Assembly (NCBI GenBank): GCA_025457815.1 | Contig: JALOTQ010000002.1 | Coordinates: forward strand, 1 to 59,259 | Length of the DNA stretch: 59,259 bases | Reading direction: 5' to 3' | From: Thermoplasmata archaeon | Lineage (GTDB): Archaea > Thermoplasmatota > Thermoplasmata > UBA10834 | Part shown: positions 34,715-42,741 of the stretch, piece after piece | Numbering within the stretch: position 1 is the first letter of the stretch | Layout of the letters: every line of letters begins with the position of its first letter | The notes under the pieces: model-generated | Databases searched by the model: none | What the model was told of the DNA's origin: nothing | The model's input: only the letters and a program-made list of their open reading frames with translations | Program-made: the position numbers and the translations under genes

Positions 34715-36202
34715 TTGCAGGCCCGGACAGGGGGAGTCATACTGTCATTTGTGGAGCCCAGGGGCGGTCAGCTCGAGCTGCTCTCGAGAAGCGATTTGGA
34801 TAGGATTCACGGCGCGACGATGGAGGTCTATCGGAAGCTCGGCATCAAGGTCTACGAGCCGACGGCCCTCGATCTGTTCGCGAAGGCCGGGGCCGATGTG
34901 AACAAGAAGACCATGATGGTCAAGATCCCTGAGAGCCTCGTGAAGGAGACAGTCCGAAGGGCTCCCTCCGGATTCAAACTGTATGGAAGAGATCCGAAAT
35001 ACGCCCTGGACTTCAGCGAGAACAAGGTGCACTTCGGCGTCTCCGGACTGGCTGTCAGGGTCGAGGACCTTGACGGCAAGGTCCGGCCTGGGACGCTGAA
35101 GGACGTCGGCGACCTCGCAAGACTTGCCGACTACCTCGAGAACATACACAGCGTGATCATGATGGTCACGCCCGCGGACGTCCCCGACGAGCTCTATCAC
35201 CTCCACGTGATGCTTGCAGACTGGAGGAATTCCATCAAGACGACCGATGGTTACAACTACACTGCGAGAAAGGCCCTCGAGACAATCGAGATGGGGAGAA
35301 TCCTCAGGGGCAGCCACGAGGAACTCGCGAAGAAACCTTGCTTGCTGGGGTTCACGAACCCTGTGAGCCCGATGCAACTCTCGAAGGAGCTTCTTGAAGG
35401 TGCACTGGTCTACGCCAAGTACAGACAGCCGATGCTCTACGCCCCTGAAGCGCTGGCAGGAGGGACCGCGCCCGTGACAATTGCAGGGCTGCTCGTACAG
35501 CAGAACGCGGAGGTGTTGTCCGGCGTGATGGTCTCCCAACTAGCGAACCCGGGCACCCCCGTGATGTATGGCACGGTCTCCGCGGCGCTCGACATGAAAC
35601 TCGGGCTGACGGCCTTAGGCGGCCCCGAGGTTGGGCTGATCAACATCGCTGCCGCACAACTTGGCCGATACTACAACCTGCCCAGGAGAGGCACGGGCGG
35701 CAACACCGACTCAAAGGTCCTCGATGCCCAGGCTGGGTCCGAGACGGCCATGAACATGATGATGGCCGCTATGGCAGGAATGAACTTCATCTACGATGCG
35801 TGCGGTTCGATAGACGGATCGCTCGGCATATCATATGGCAAGCTGGTCATCGACAACGACATCGCGGGAATGGTGACGAGAGTGCTGCAGGGAGTGGAGG
35901 TCACGGAGGAGACCCTTGCCGTCGACGAGATATGCAGGGTCGGCCCATCCGCAAACTACCTGCAGAGCCCGATGACTGCGAAGCTTTTCAGGAAGGAACA
36001 CTTCCTGCCGAACGTCTTCGACCGGAAGTCCAGAGATTCCTGGGAGAGGGACGGGGCGAAGGACATCCGGAAGGCCGCTCGCGAGAAGGCGAGGCGGATC
36101 CTGAAGGATCACCAGGTCGAGCCGATGGACAGAGGCGTCGAGAAGGAGATCGAGAACTACATCAAGAAAACCACGAGGGCCTACACGTCAGTCCGCCACT
36201 GA
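34715..36202 (+). CDS. MttB-superfamily (trimethylamine methyltransferase-like) protein without an in-frame amber codon
   Basis: 495 aa, uninterrupted. 'LSRSDLDRIHGATMEVYRKLGIKVYEPTALDLFAKAGADV', 'NPVSPMQLS', 'GGPEVGLINIAAAQL', 'GTGGNTDSK'. The start could be TTG 34715 or GTG 34751. Confidence 0.88.
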   Translation: MQARTGGVILSFVEPRGGQLELLSRSDLDRIHGATMEVYRKLGIKVYEPTALDLFAKAGADVNKKTMMVKIPESLVKETVRRAPSGFKLYGRDPKYALDFSENKVHFGVSGLAVRVEDLDGKVRPGTLKDVGDLARLADYLENIHSVIMMVTPADVPDELYHLHVMLADWRNSIKTTDGYNYTARKALETIEMGRILRGSHEELAKKPCLLGFTNPVSPMQLSKELLEGALVYAKYRQPMLYAPEALAGGTAPVTIAGLLVQQNAEVLSGVMVSQLANPGTPVMYGTVSAALDMKLGLTALGGPEVGLINIAAAQLGRYYNLPRRGTGGNTDSKVLDAQAGSETAMNMMMAAMAGMNFIYDACGSIDGSLGISYGKLVIDNDIAGMVTRVLQGVEVTEETLAVDEICRVGPSANYLQSPMTAKLFRKEHFLPNVFDRKSRDSWERDGAKDIRKAAREKARRILKDHQVEPMDRGVEKEIENYIKKTTRAYTSVRH

Positions 36203-36226
36203 CTGAAACAATTGCCACCATATGCA

Positions 36227-36233
36227 TTTTATA
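36227..36233 (+). promoter_or_regulatory. TATA box (TTTTATA) about 27 nt upstream of the in-frame GTG at 36256
   Basis: The box overlaps the track start (36235), which makes that start unlikely. Confidence 0.4.
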
Positions 36234-36255
36234 GGTGTGCTCACTTCTAAGCGGC

Positions 36256-37191
36256 GTGGCTGAAGAGCGTGCGGCGCCATCCAAGGGTTCGCAGGATTCC
36301 AAACCTGTGTTGCTGTTCTTGAGAGATGCGGGCATTGCGCTGTTGTTTGTCGCCCTGGTGCTTCTCGCGATGTACGCGTACACGGGCCTATGGCCGCCCC
36401 TAGTGGTCGTGGAATCCAACAGCATGATGCACGGGACGGACAATCTCAGCCACATCGGAACGATCGACACGGGGGATCTTGTGCTGGTCAGAGACATCGG
36501 CGATGTCGACGATATCGAGACCTACGTTGACGGGTTCGTGTTCGGTCACAAGACTTACGGGGATTTCGGAGATGTCGTTGTCTACAGGAGGGATGGTTCC
36601 CAGACACAGACTCCGATCATCCACAGGGCCATGCTGTATCTCGAGATCAACGAGGACGGCCACAGCTATCGCGCGCCATCGTTGCAGTACCTCGCGGCCG
36701 AGAAATGGTCCACGTCCAACCCGATGGACACCTGGGACCATCTGACAAGCGTCATCATGATCTATCACGTGGGCTGGAACGACATCACCGTCAACATCGA
36801 TGTCAACCACTTCATCCCCTATCGAGGGAACGGCTACATCACGAAGGGAGACCACAACCCCACAATCGACCAGATGGCGTCCAACAGGCCCGTGGACGTG
36901 TCCTGGATCGTCGGCAAGGCCAGAGGAGAGATCCCGTGGTTCGGGCTCCTCAAGCTCTGGACGACCGACACCCTCGGGAGCGAAGCGCCCGAGAACAGCG
37001 TGAGGAATCTCTGGATATCCATAGGCGTGATCGTGATACTGCCAATCGGCATCGATGTCGGGCTCACATTCAAGGAGAAGCAGGAGATAGCCAAGAAGAA
37101 GGCCGCATATCAGGCGGAACAAAAGAAAGAGGATGCGGCGAAAGCAGAAGAACCGGTCAGGAGTGCCGGAGAGCCCAAACAGCGGACATAG
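36256..37191 (+). CDS. Signal peptidase I, archaeal/eukaryotic Sec11 (S26B) type
   Basis: TM anchor 'IALLFVALVLLAMYAY', catalytic Ser box 'VVVESNSMMHG', 'GDLVLV', 'IIHRAM', 'ITKGDHNP', second TM, and a Lys/Glu-rich tail. Confidence 0.8.
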   Translation: MAEERAAPSKGSQDSKPVLLFLRDAGIALLFVALVLLAMYAYTGLWPPLVVVESNSMMHGTDNLSHIGTIDTGDLVLVRDIGDVDDIETYVDGFVFGHKTYGDFGDVVVYRRDGSQTQTPIIHRAMLYLEINEDGHSYRAPSLQYLAAEKWSTSNPMDTWDHLTSVIMIYHVGWNDITVNIDVNHFIPYRGNGYITKGDHNPTIDQMASNRPVDVSWIVGKARGEIPWFGLLKLWTTDTLGSEAPENSVRNLWISIGVIVILPIGIDVGLTFKEKQEIAKKKAAYQAEQKKEDAAKAEEPVRSAGEPKQRT

Positions 37192-37192
37192 A

Positions 37193-38428
37193 TCACATGA
37201 GCGTGGTCTGGTACCGCAGCTTGTAGTTCTTCAGCTGGCTCAGAATCTCGTCCTCTTCCAGTATCTTCTTCGCTTCCACCACAGGAACGCTCGGCTCAAT
37301 CTCCTTGGTTCTCCCCCCTCGTCCGAAGGATTTGACCCGGGCGTGTATGATACCAAGCATGTCCAGCTCAGATATGAGGTCGGTTATCCTGCGCTGGGTG
37401 AGTATCGCCATGGACGTGCATTGACAGAGCTCCTTGTAGGTCTCGTAGAGGTCGCCCGTCGTGAGCTTTCCGTCCCCTCTCTCGCTGTTCAGCAGCACGC
37501 CCATCAAGACGAGCTTGGACTGGACAGGAAGGGTCCGTATCGCCTCGGTCACGCAGTCGAGTTCGATCTTGTTCTTCGCCTTCACGACATCTGATTCGTT
37601 GACGACCGCGAGGTGATTCCTCTCGGCTATCTCGGCGGCCACCCTCAGCAGGTCGAGGGCGCGCCTGGCGTCGCCGTGCTCCTGCGCCGCGAGGGCGGCG
37701 CACAGCGGTATCACCGAGCCCTCCAGGACGTTGTCCGCGAAGGCGATCCGTGACCGCTGTTCCAGGATGTCCTTGAGCTGCTCTGCGTTGTAAGGCGGGA
37801 ACACCATCTTCTCCTCGCTCAGCGAGCTCTTGACGCGGGGGTCGAGGAACTCCATGAACCTCAGGTCGTTCGAGATGCCGATGACGCTGACCTTCGCGTT
37901 CTTGAGGTCGTCATTGATCCTGCAGAGGTGATAGAGCACGTCGTCGCCGCTCTTGGAGACGAGCTGGTCCACCTCGTCAAGAGCGATCACTATCACGCGC
38001 TTCTCCTCATCGATCTTCTCCCTCAGGATGCTGTAGACGCGCTCCGTGCTCCAGCCAGTGAATGGGATGCGCTCCTCGAAGTTCTCGATGAACCTGTTGC
38101 CGATGTTCTGCAGGATGCCGTACTGGGTGTCTATAACCTCGCAGTTCATGTAGATGAAGTGGACCCTGTTGAGGCTGGAATTGGCACGCTCGATTTCCTT
38201 TCCGATGTACTTCATGCACGCCGTCTTGCCCGTGCCTGTCTTTCCGAACAGGAGAACGTTGGAGGGCCTCTGACCCTCCAGCGCGGTCACAAGGATGGCC
38301 GCGAGCTGGTTGATCTGCTCCTCTCTGTGAGGCAGAACGTCAGGTATGTAGGACGGCCTCAGCACGTCCTTGTCGCCCTTGAATATAGACTGCGCTCTCA
38401 TGTACTGCTGGAATATGGTGTCCTGCAT
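37193..38428 (-). CDS. cdc6: Orc1/Cdc6 replication initiator
   Basis: ATG 38428 ('MQDTIFQQYMRAQSIFKGDKDVLRPSYIPDVLPHREEQ'). Walker A 'GKTGTGKTA', Walker B 'VIVIALDEVD', C-terminal winged helix. The track start at 38503 would place an ORB-like repeat inside the CDS. Confidence 0.93.
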   Translation of the reverse strand: MQDTIFQQYMRAQSIFKGDKDVLRPSYIPDVLPHREEQINQLAAILVTALEGQRPSNVLLFGKTGTGKTACMKYIGKEIERANSSLNRVHFIYMNCEVIDTQYGILQNIGNRFIENFEERIPFTGWSTERVYSILREKIDEEKRVIVIALDEVDQLVSKSGDDVLYHLCRINDDLKNAKVSVIGISNDLRFMEFLDPRVKSSLSEEKMVFPPYNAEQLKDILEQRSRIAFADNVLEGSVIPLCAALAAQEHGDARRALDLLRVAAEIAERNHLAVVNESDVVKAKNKIELDCVTEAIRTLPVQSKLVLMGVLLNSERGDGKLTTGDLYETYKELCQCTSMAILTQRRITDLISELDMLGIIHARVKSFGRGGRTKEIEPSVPVVEAKKILEEDEILSQLKNYKLRYQTTLM

Positions 38429-38460
38429 CTCCGTCCCCCGCAGAAGCGAAAAAGCTCCTT

Positions 38461-38486
38461 CCCTCCCCCTAGATTTCCTATGGAAG
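38461..38486 (-). repeat. ORB-like element 1
   Basis: Minus strand reads CTTCCATAGGAAATCTAGGGGGAGGG, i.e. a TTCCAnnGGAAAT core plus a G-string. Confidence 0.55.
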
Positions 38487-38677
38487 CCGCTCTCGGAATC
38501 CATGCGAAATTGAGGGAATGAGGGAATACAGTAGAAGTTACTTAAGCGTTAATTTTATTGGAAGATATCATTTTTTCCGCAGTGCGGGAATTTCGGTGAA
38601 TATCTTGAGCCAGCATCTTGTGAAAATGAGCCGTCGAGAATAAAAGAATTCTATGCACACCGATGCTCATTGCATGA

Positions 38678-38704
38678 GGGGGACCCCATGATTTCCTGTG
38701 GAAC
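38678..38704 (-). repeat. ORB-like element 2
   Basis: Minus strand reads GTTCCACAGGAAATCATGGGGTCCCCC. Confidence 0.6.
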
Positions 38705-38742
38705 CGCGCGGAGGGCGACCACCCCGAGCCCCTATGGGGACC

Positions 38743-38761
38743 CTCCAACGGAAGCCGGGGT
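38743..38761 (+). repeat. ORB-like element 3 (inverted relative to elements 1 and 2, more degenerate)
   Basis: Plus strand reads CTCCAACGGAAGCCGGGGT. Confidence 0.4.
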
Positions 38762-38836
38762 TCTCGGTGCCCAGAAATCTCGGATTTCGTCATCGAAGGA
38801 CATTATACTGTGCTAGTACCTAAGCATATTCCAATC

Positions 38837-40114
38837 ATGAAGAGAATAGCGATCATAACAATCGCCGAGGACACGGAGGAGATGCGCTCTCTCCTCGACA
38901 CGTTGGGATATTCTGTTGTGAAGGAGTACCTCCAGAAGAGGAATCATCCACACAAGGTAGGATTTCTCGGACCAGGAAGGATAGAAGAGATAGCGGAAGA
39001 AGTCAAGGAACTTGAATTGGACATGATCGTGGTCAATGGATCACTGAAGCCTTCTCAACACCACTACTTGGAGATGCTGTTCCAGATGGAGTGCATGGAC
39101 CGGCCAGGGGTGATACTGAGGATCTTCGCGGATCACGCTCACACTCCCGAAGCAATCGCGCAAGTCACGCTGGCCAAGCTGAGATATGAGCTACCATTCC
39201 TCAGAGAATGGATACACAAAGCAAAGAGCGGGGACAGACCGGGTTTCCTTGCCGGTGGCGCTTACGCGACGGACGTCTATTTCGAGCATGCCAAGACTCA
39301 CGCTAGAGCCATAGAACAGAGCCTCGTTGATCTCTCAAGACAGAGAGAGATCACGAGATCTAAGAGACACGCGAAGGGATACTCGCTTGTCTCTCTAGCG
39401 GGCTATACAAACGCTGGTAAGTCGGCTCTTATGAACGCTCTCTGTGAATCTCAGGTGGAAGTCGACAACCGTCTCTTCTCGACGCTGTCCACGACCACCA
39501 GAAGAATCGCTGGGGCCAGGAGCAATGTCCTCATCACGGACACAGTCGGCTTCATCAGGGACCTTCCACCGGATCTGGTTGATGCATTCAATTCCACGCT
39601 TGAAGAGATCTTCTATGCTGATTTGATACTCCTCGTACTCGACGTGAGTGAGAGTCTCGAATCGATGAAGTCGAAGCTGAAGACTTCAATCGAGATTCTC
39701 GAGCCAAAGGTCGACAAGCATTCTGTGATAGTCGTTGGGAACAAGGTAGATTTGATTTCGAAAGATGCAAGAGCTACCATCGAGCAGACAATCAGGAGCG
39801 TCGAAGGCGCTTGCGAAATCATGTTCGTGTCCGCTAAGGACGGTACCGGACTCAATCCACTCAGAGAGAGGATTGTCAGGGTACAGGGGTATGATCGTAA
39901 AATCGAGGTCACATTGCCATTGACCGACCAAGCCTACAGTCTCATGTCCAGTCTTCGTTCGGTTGCCAAGGTCGAGACCGAGGTTGTCAAGAACCATCTA
40001 AAGGGGGAGTTGTGGTGCAAGCCCGAAGACGTCGACAAGATCACTCAGAGGCTGCGCAAGGCAGGAGCCCACGTCCTGAAGGCAAGAGAGACTCAAGGCG
40101 GACCCCCGTCATAG
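38837..40114 (+). CDS. hflX: GTPase HflX
   Basis: ATG 38837 with ATTATAC about 30 nt upstream. HflX N-domain 'RPGVILRIFADHAHTPEAIAQVTLAKLRYELP', G1 'GYTNAGKSALMNAL', G3 'DTVGF', G4 'NKVD'. Confidence 0.9.
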   Translation: MKRIAIITIAEDTEEMRSLLDTLGYSVVKEYLQKRNHPHKVGFLGPGRIEEIAEEVKELELDMIVVNGSLKPSQHHYLEMLFQMECMDRPGVILRIFADHAHTPEAIAQVTLAKLRYELPFLREWIHKAKSGDRPGFLAGGAYATDVYFEHAKTHARAIEQSLVDLSRQREITRSKRHAKGYSLVSLAGYTNAGKSALMNALCESQVEVDNRLFSTLSTTTRRIAGARSNVLITDTVGFIRDLPPDLVDAFNSTLEEIFYADLILLVLDVSESLESMKSKLKTSIEILEPKVDKHSVIVVGNKVDLISKDARATIEQTIRSVEGACEIMFVSAKDGTGLNPLRERIVRVQGYDRKIEVTLPLTDQAYSLMSSLRSVAKVETEVVKNHLKGELWCKPEDVDKITQRLRKAGAHVLKARETQGGPPS

Positions 40115-40150
40115 GGGTCACGGGCTCCACAAGAAGAGAAGGGGGGCCTC

Positions 40151-40540
40151 TCAGATCTTGAGTTCCTTCTTCTTGGCAATCACTTCGTCCTCAAACCTCT
40201 GCGGAAGAGACCACGCAAGGTACTCAATGTCGTCGATGTTCCTGACGAACTTGGCCTTGCTGGGCGTGTCAATCAGCTTCGCGAGCTTTCGGGTCTTCTT
40301 GATGTAGTCGTAGAACCACCAGATGCAGATTACGAATCCTATGGGTCCCGCTACGAAGAGCCACGTCACCCAGTTCCCGAACGGTGTCACGAGATCGTTG
40401 AGGAACGATATCGACTGGGGGAGTCCATGCCCGAGGTCAACATAGACGCCGATTATGCCTATCGCTGACAGGACTCCAAACAGGAGGCTCAGGAAGCTGC
40501 TGAGCTCGAGCCTGTACTCCGTCAATGGACTCTTGGACAC
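40151..40540 (-). CDS. Hypothetical two-TM membrane protein
   Basis: Two hydrophobic helices, then a charged tail 'KKTRKLAKLIDTPSKAKFVRNIDDIEYLAW...KKKELKI'. The start is uncertain (GTG 40540 or the track start 40615). Confidence 0.5.
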   Translation of the reverse strand: MSKSPLTEYRLELSSFLSLLFGVLSAIGIIGVYVDLGHGLPQSISFLNDLVTPFGNWVTWLFVAGPIGFVICIWWFYDYIKKTRKLAKLIDTPSKAKFVRNIDDIEYLAWSLPQRFEDEVIAKKKELKI

Positions 40541-40647
40541 TCTTCCACCTGGGCATCCGTTAGATGGGAACCCGTTAAAATGGTTTTCTCCTCCGAGGCC
40601 TACCTGTACGGGCAATTGTCATCCGGGCTTGGGGCCAACCCCCAGCC

Positions 40648-41304
40648 ATGCGCCTCAAGATTCCGTGCCCGTTGCACTCGAGCGTAATCCTTTCGGTCCT
40701 TCTTGGCCTCCTGGTGGTAATGTCCGTCTCAAGCCCGGTGCCAGTGGTGTCCATCTCCTCTGTCCAGGATCTCGATGAAGGGACCGAAATACGGGTCATC
40801 GGGGTGGTCTCGGACCTGAGGAGGTACGACAGCGGCACAGAGGCAATCGTGCTCGTGGATCTAGATGACGGTCGTAGCGTGAGCGTATACTGCATCGAAG
40901 GCATGGGCGATCCGCCGGGAACCTACGCCAACATCGGCGACGAGCTCTCGGTCACCGGAACGGTCATGCGGTCGGCCGGTCTGGCAACAATCCTGACCAG
41001 CCCGAGCCAGGTGGTCCTCTCCAGGACGTCTGAGTACGTGCTCAGCTGCGACCTCCTCTCGGAGAATTGGCAGTCGTTTCTGAACGACGAGATCTGCATC
41101 AGGGGCCGAGTCGTCGAGGACACCCTTTCAGGAGGGGCAAGGCTGGGCGACGAGTCGGGCCACGCGTCGATACAGCTGTGGTCCTCGTCGACGGACCTGG
41201 CGACTTACATTGGCTCTTGTGTGGTTCTCTCGGGGCAACTGCAGATGGACCTCTCGCGGCTCGCGCTCTGCATATCTGTGGACTTGATCAGACCCCAACA
41301 ATGA
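40648..41304 (+). CDS. Membrane-anchored protein with two OB-fold-like (tRNA_anti-like) modules
   Basis: Signal/anchor 'VILSVLLGLLVVMSV'. Two similar modules: 'GTEIRVIGVVSDLRRYDSGTEAIVLVDLDDGRSVSVYC...GDELSVTGTV' and 'EICIRGRVVEDTLSGGARLGDESGHASIQLW...GSCVVLSGQL'. Confidence 0.5.
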   Translation: MRLKIPCPLHSSVILSVLLGLLVVMSVSSPVPVVSISSVQDLDEGTEIRVIGVVSDLRRYDSGTEAIVLVDLDDGRSVSVYCIEGMGDPPGTYANIGDELSVTGTVMRSAGLATILTSPSQVVLSRTSEYVLSCDLLSENWQSFLNDEICIRGRVVEDTLSGGARLGDESGHASIQLWSSSTDLATYIGSCVVLSGQLQMDLSRLALCISVDLIRPQQ

Positions 41305-41331
41305 CGAAAACTCTTTTCAGGCCGTCCTGCC

Positions 41332-42669
41332 ATGGCCATTGCCGTGCCTGGAACGCATCTAGCCTTCGACGACACCGACTCCCCCGAGGGCATGTGCACG
41401 ACGTATCTGGCGACGCTCATGCTCGAGGAGTTCGCGGACCTCGACCTCATCGGCCTGCCCAGGCTCGTTCGCTTGAACCCGAACATACCGTGGAAAACCA
41501 GGGGTAACGCGGCCATCAGTCTGTGCTTGGGGCGAGGTTCCGGCAAGTCGAGGCTCTGTGGCCACGTGGCCGACACCGACATCAGGTGCTATGATCGAGG
41601 TGCTCCCGTGGATCCCGCAGAGTTGTTGGAGAGAGCCTCCAAGGTTCTCAAGCGGGTCGCAAGGTTCGACTGCGACAAGACGAACCCGGGCATAGTGGCG
41701 TCCCGCGCCAAGCCCCCTCCTGCGCTGTACTGGGGCGCCGTCAGAGGGATACTCGGGCTTCGCGATGTCGAGTCGCAGCTGAAGCGCTCGGGCGCCAGAT
41801 GGCGGAAGTTCAAGAACGGCCGCGGTGTCATCGGAGCCGCATCTGCGATGTCTTGGCGCCCCAGGGACCGCACTTGGGAGGTAATCGCTTACAGGTCGCC
41901 AGATCTAGTGGGGACGCGCCGCAGCATCTCCGACGAAAGCGTCATCGCGATGGACAGGGCGACGAGACGGACCTTCAACAACTACGACTACGAGAACCAT
42001 CACATCGCCATCGCTCCGGGCTCCCCCTGCCCCATCCTCTTCGGCATCAGGGGGGACTCCTCGGACGAGCTCCTCAAGGCGAAAGACATGATCAGGGGCG
42101 AGAGGCCGAGCAAATGGCTTCTGTTCATGACCAACCAGGGCACAGACGACCACATCGTGCCCAAGAGGGTAAGGTCCTTGAAGCCGAGGGATTCGGCGCG
42201 GGTGGATGTCCGGGTCGCGAAATACCCGGTGACCGTGCCGGGCAAGCATGTGATACTCAGGGTCACGGACGGGTGCGAGATGGACGCGGCGTTCTATGAA
42301 CCCTCAAGGGCGTTCCGTGATGTCGCTCGTGCGCTCATTCCCGGAGACGAGGTCACTCTCTACGGATCGGTCAGGGAGACACCTCGGAGCCTGAATGTCG
42401 AGAAGATGCTTGTGCGCAGGCTCGTCAGGGATGTTCGGAAGTCGCACAACCCGATGTGTGATGCTTGCGGCAAGAGGATGGGCTCGGTCGGAGCGAATCA
42501 GGGGTTCCGCTGCAAGAAGTGCGGCAAGAAAGCCCCGTACTCGCGTGCGATATTCGAGAAGCACGCGCGCAATGTGAAGCCAGGTTGGTACGAGCCGCCC
42601 GTCGCATCGCGCCGGCACCTTCACAAGCCTATACGGCGATTGTCGAGGGTGAACATAGACAATCTATAA
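41332..42669 (+). CDS. tiaS: tRNA(Ile2) 2-agmatinylcytidine synthetase TiaS
   Basis: 'HLAFDDTDSPEGMCTTYLA', 'RLNPNIPWKTRGNAAISL', an OB-like domain, and C-terminal Zn ribbon 'CDACGKRMGSVGANQGFRCKKCG'. Confidence 0.88.
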   Translation: MAIAVPGTHLAFDDTDSPEGMCTTYLATLMLEEFADLDLIGLPRLVRLNPNIPWKTRGNAAISLCLGRGSGKSRLCGHVADTDIRCYDRGAPVDPAELLERASKVLKRVARFDCDKTNPGIVASRAKPPPALYWGAVRGILGLRDVESQLKRSGARWRKFKNGRGVIGAASAMSWRPRDRTWEVIAYRSPDLVGTRRSISDESVIAMDRATRRTFNNYDYENHHIAIAPGSPCPILFGIRGDSSDELLKAKDMIRGERPSKWLLFMTNQGTDDHIVPKRVRSLKPRDSARVDVRVAKYPVTVPGKHVILRVTDGCEMDAAFYEPSRAFRDVARALIPGDEVTLYGSVRETPRSLNVEKMLVRRLVRDVRKSHNPMCDACGKRMGSVGANQGFRCKKCGKKAPYSRAIFEKHARNVKPGWYEPPVASRRHLHKPIRRLSRVNIDNL

Positions 42670-42741
42670 ATACGCTCAGGGAAATCATCGCACCAGACAC
42701 CGGGACCAGGGATTCCCTGGGCTGTCGGCGAGTGATGGGTT

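Larger units (their letters stand above)
38461..38775. other. Putative replication origin (oriC) region adjacent to orc1/cdc6
   Basis: Three ORB-like repeats, an AT-rich stretch (about 38527-38577) and a GAGGGAAT tandem (38512-38527) lie in the roughly 400-nt non-coding gap between cdc6 and hflX. Confidence 0.6.

Noticed and set aside
34715-36202. Looked for an in-frame amber (pyrrolysine) codon or a split ORF in the MttB-like gene.
   Set aside because: The reading frame is continuous for 495 codons, so this is a non-Pyl family member, not a Pyl-encoding TMA methyltransferase.
38542-38793. 83-aa minus-strand ORF inside the cdc6-hflX intergenic region.
   Set aside because: It spans the AT-rich stretch and the ORB-like repeats, has atypical codon usage and no motif. 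The region is better explained as an origin and promoter.
42706-42720. Palindrome CCAGGG-att-CCCTGG between tiaS and the thiolase gene.
   Set aside because: The stem is only 6 bp, no T-run follows, and there are no repeats elsewhere in the window. This is too weak to call a terminator or operator.
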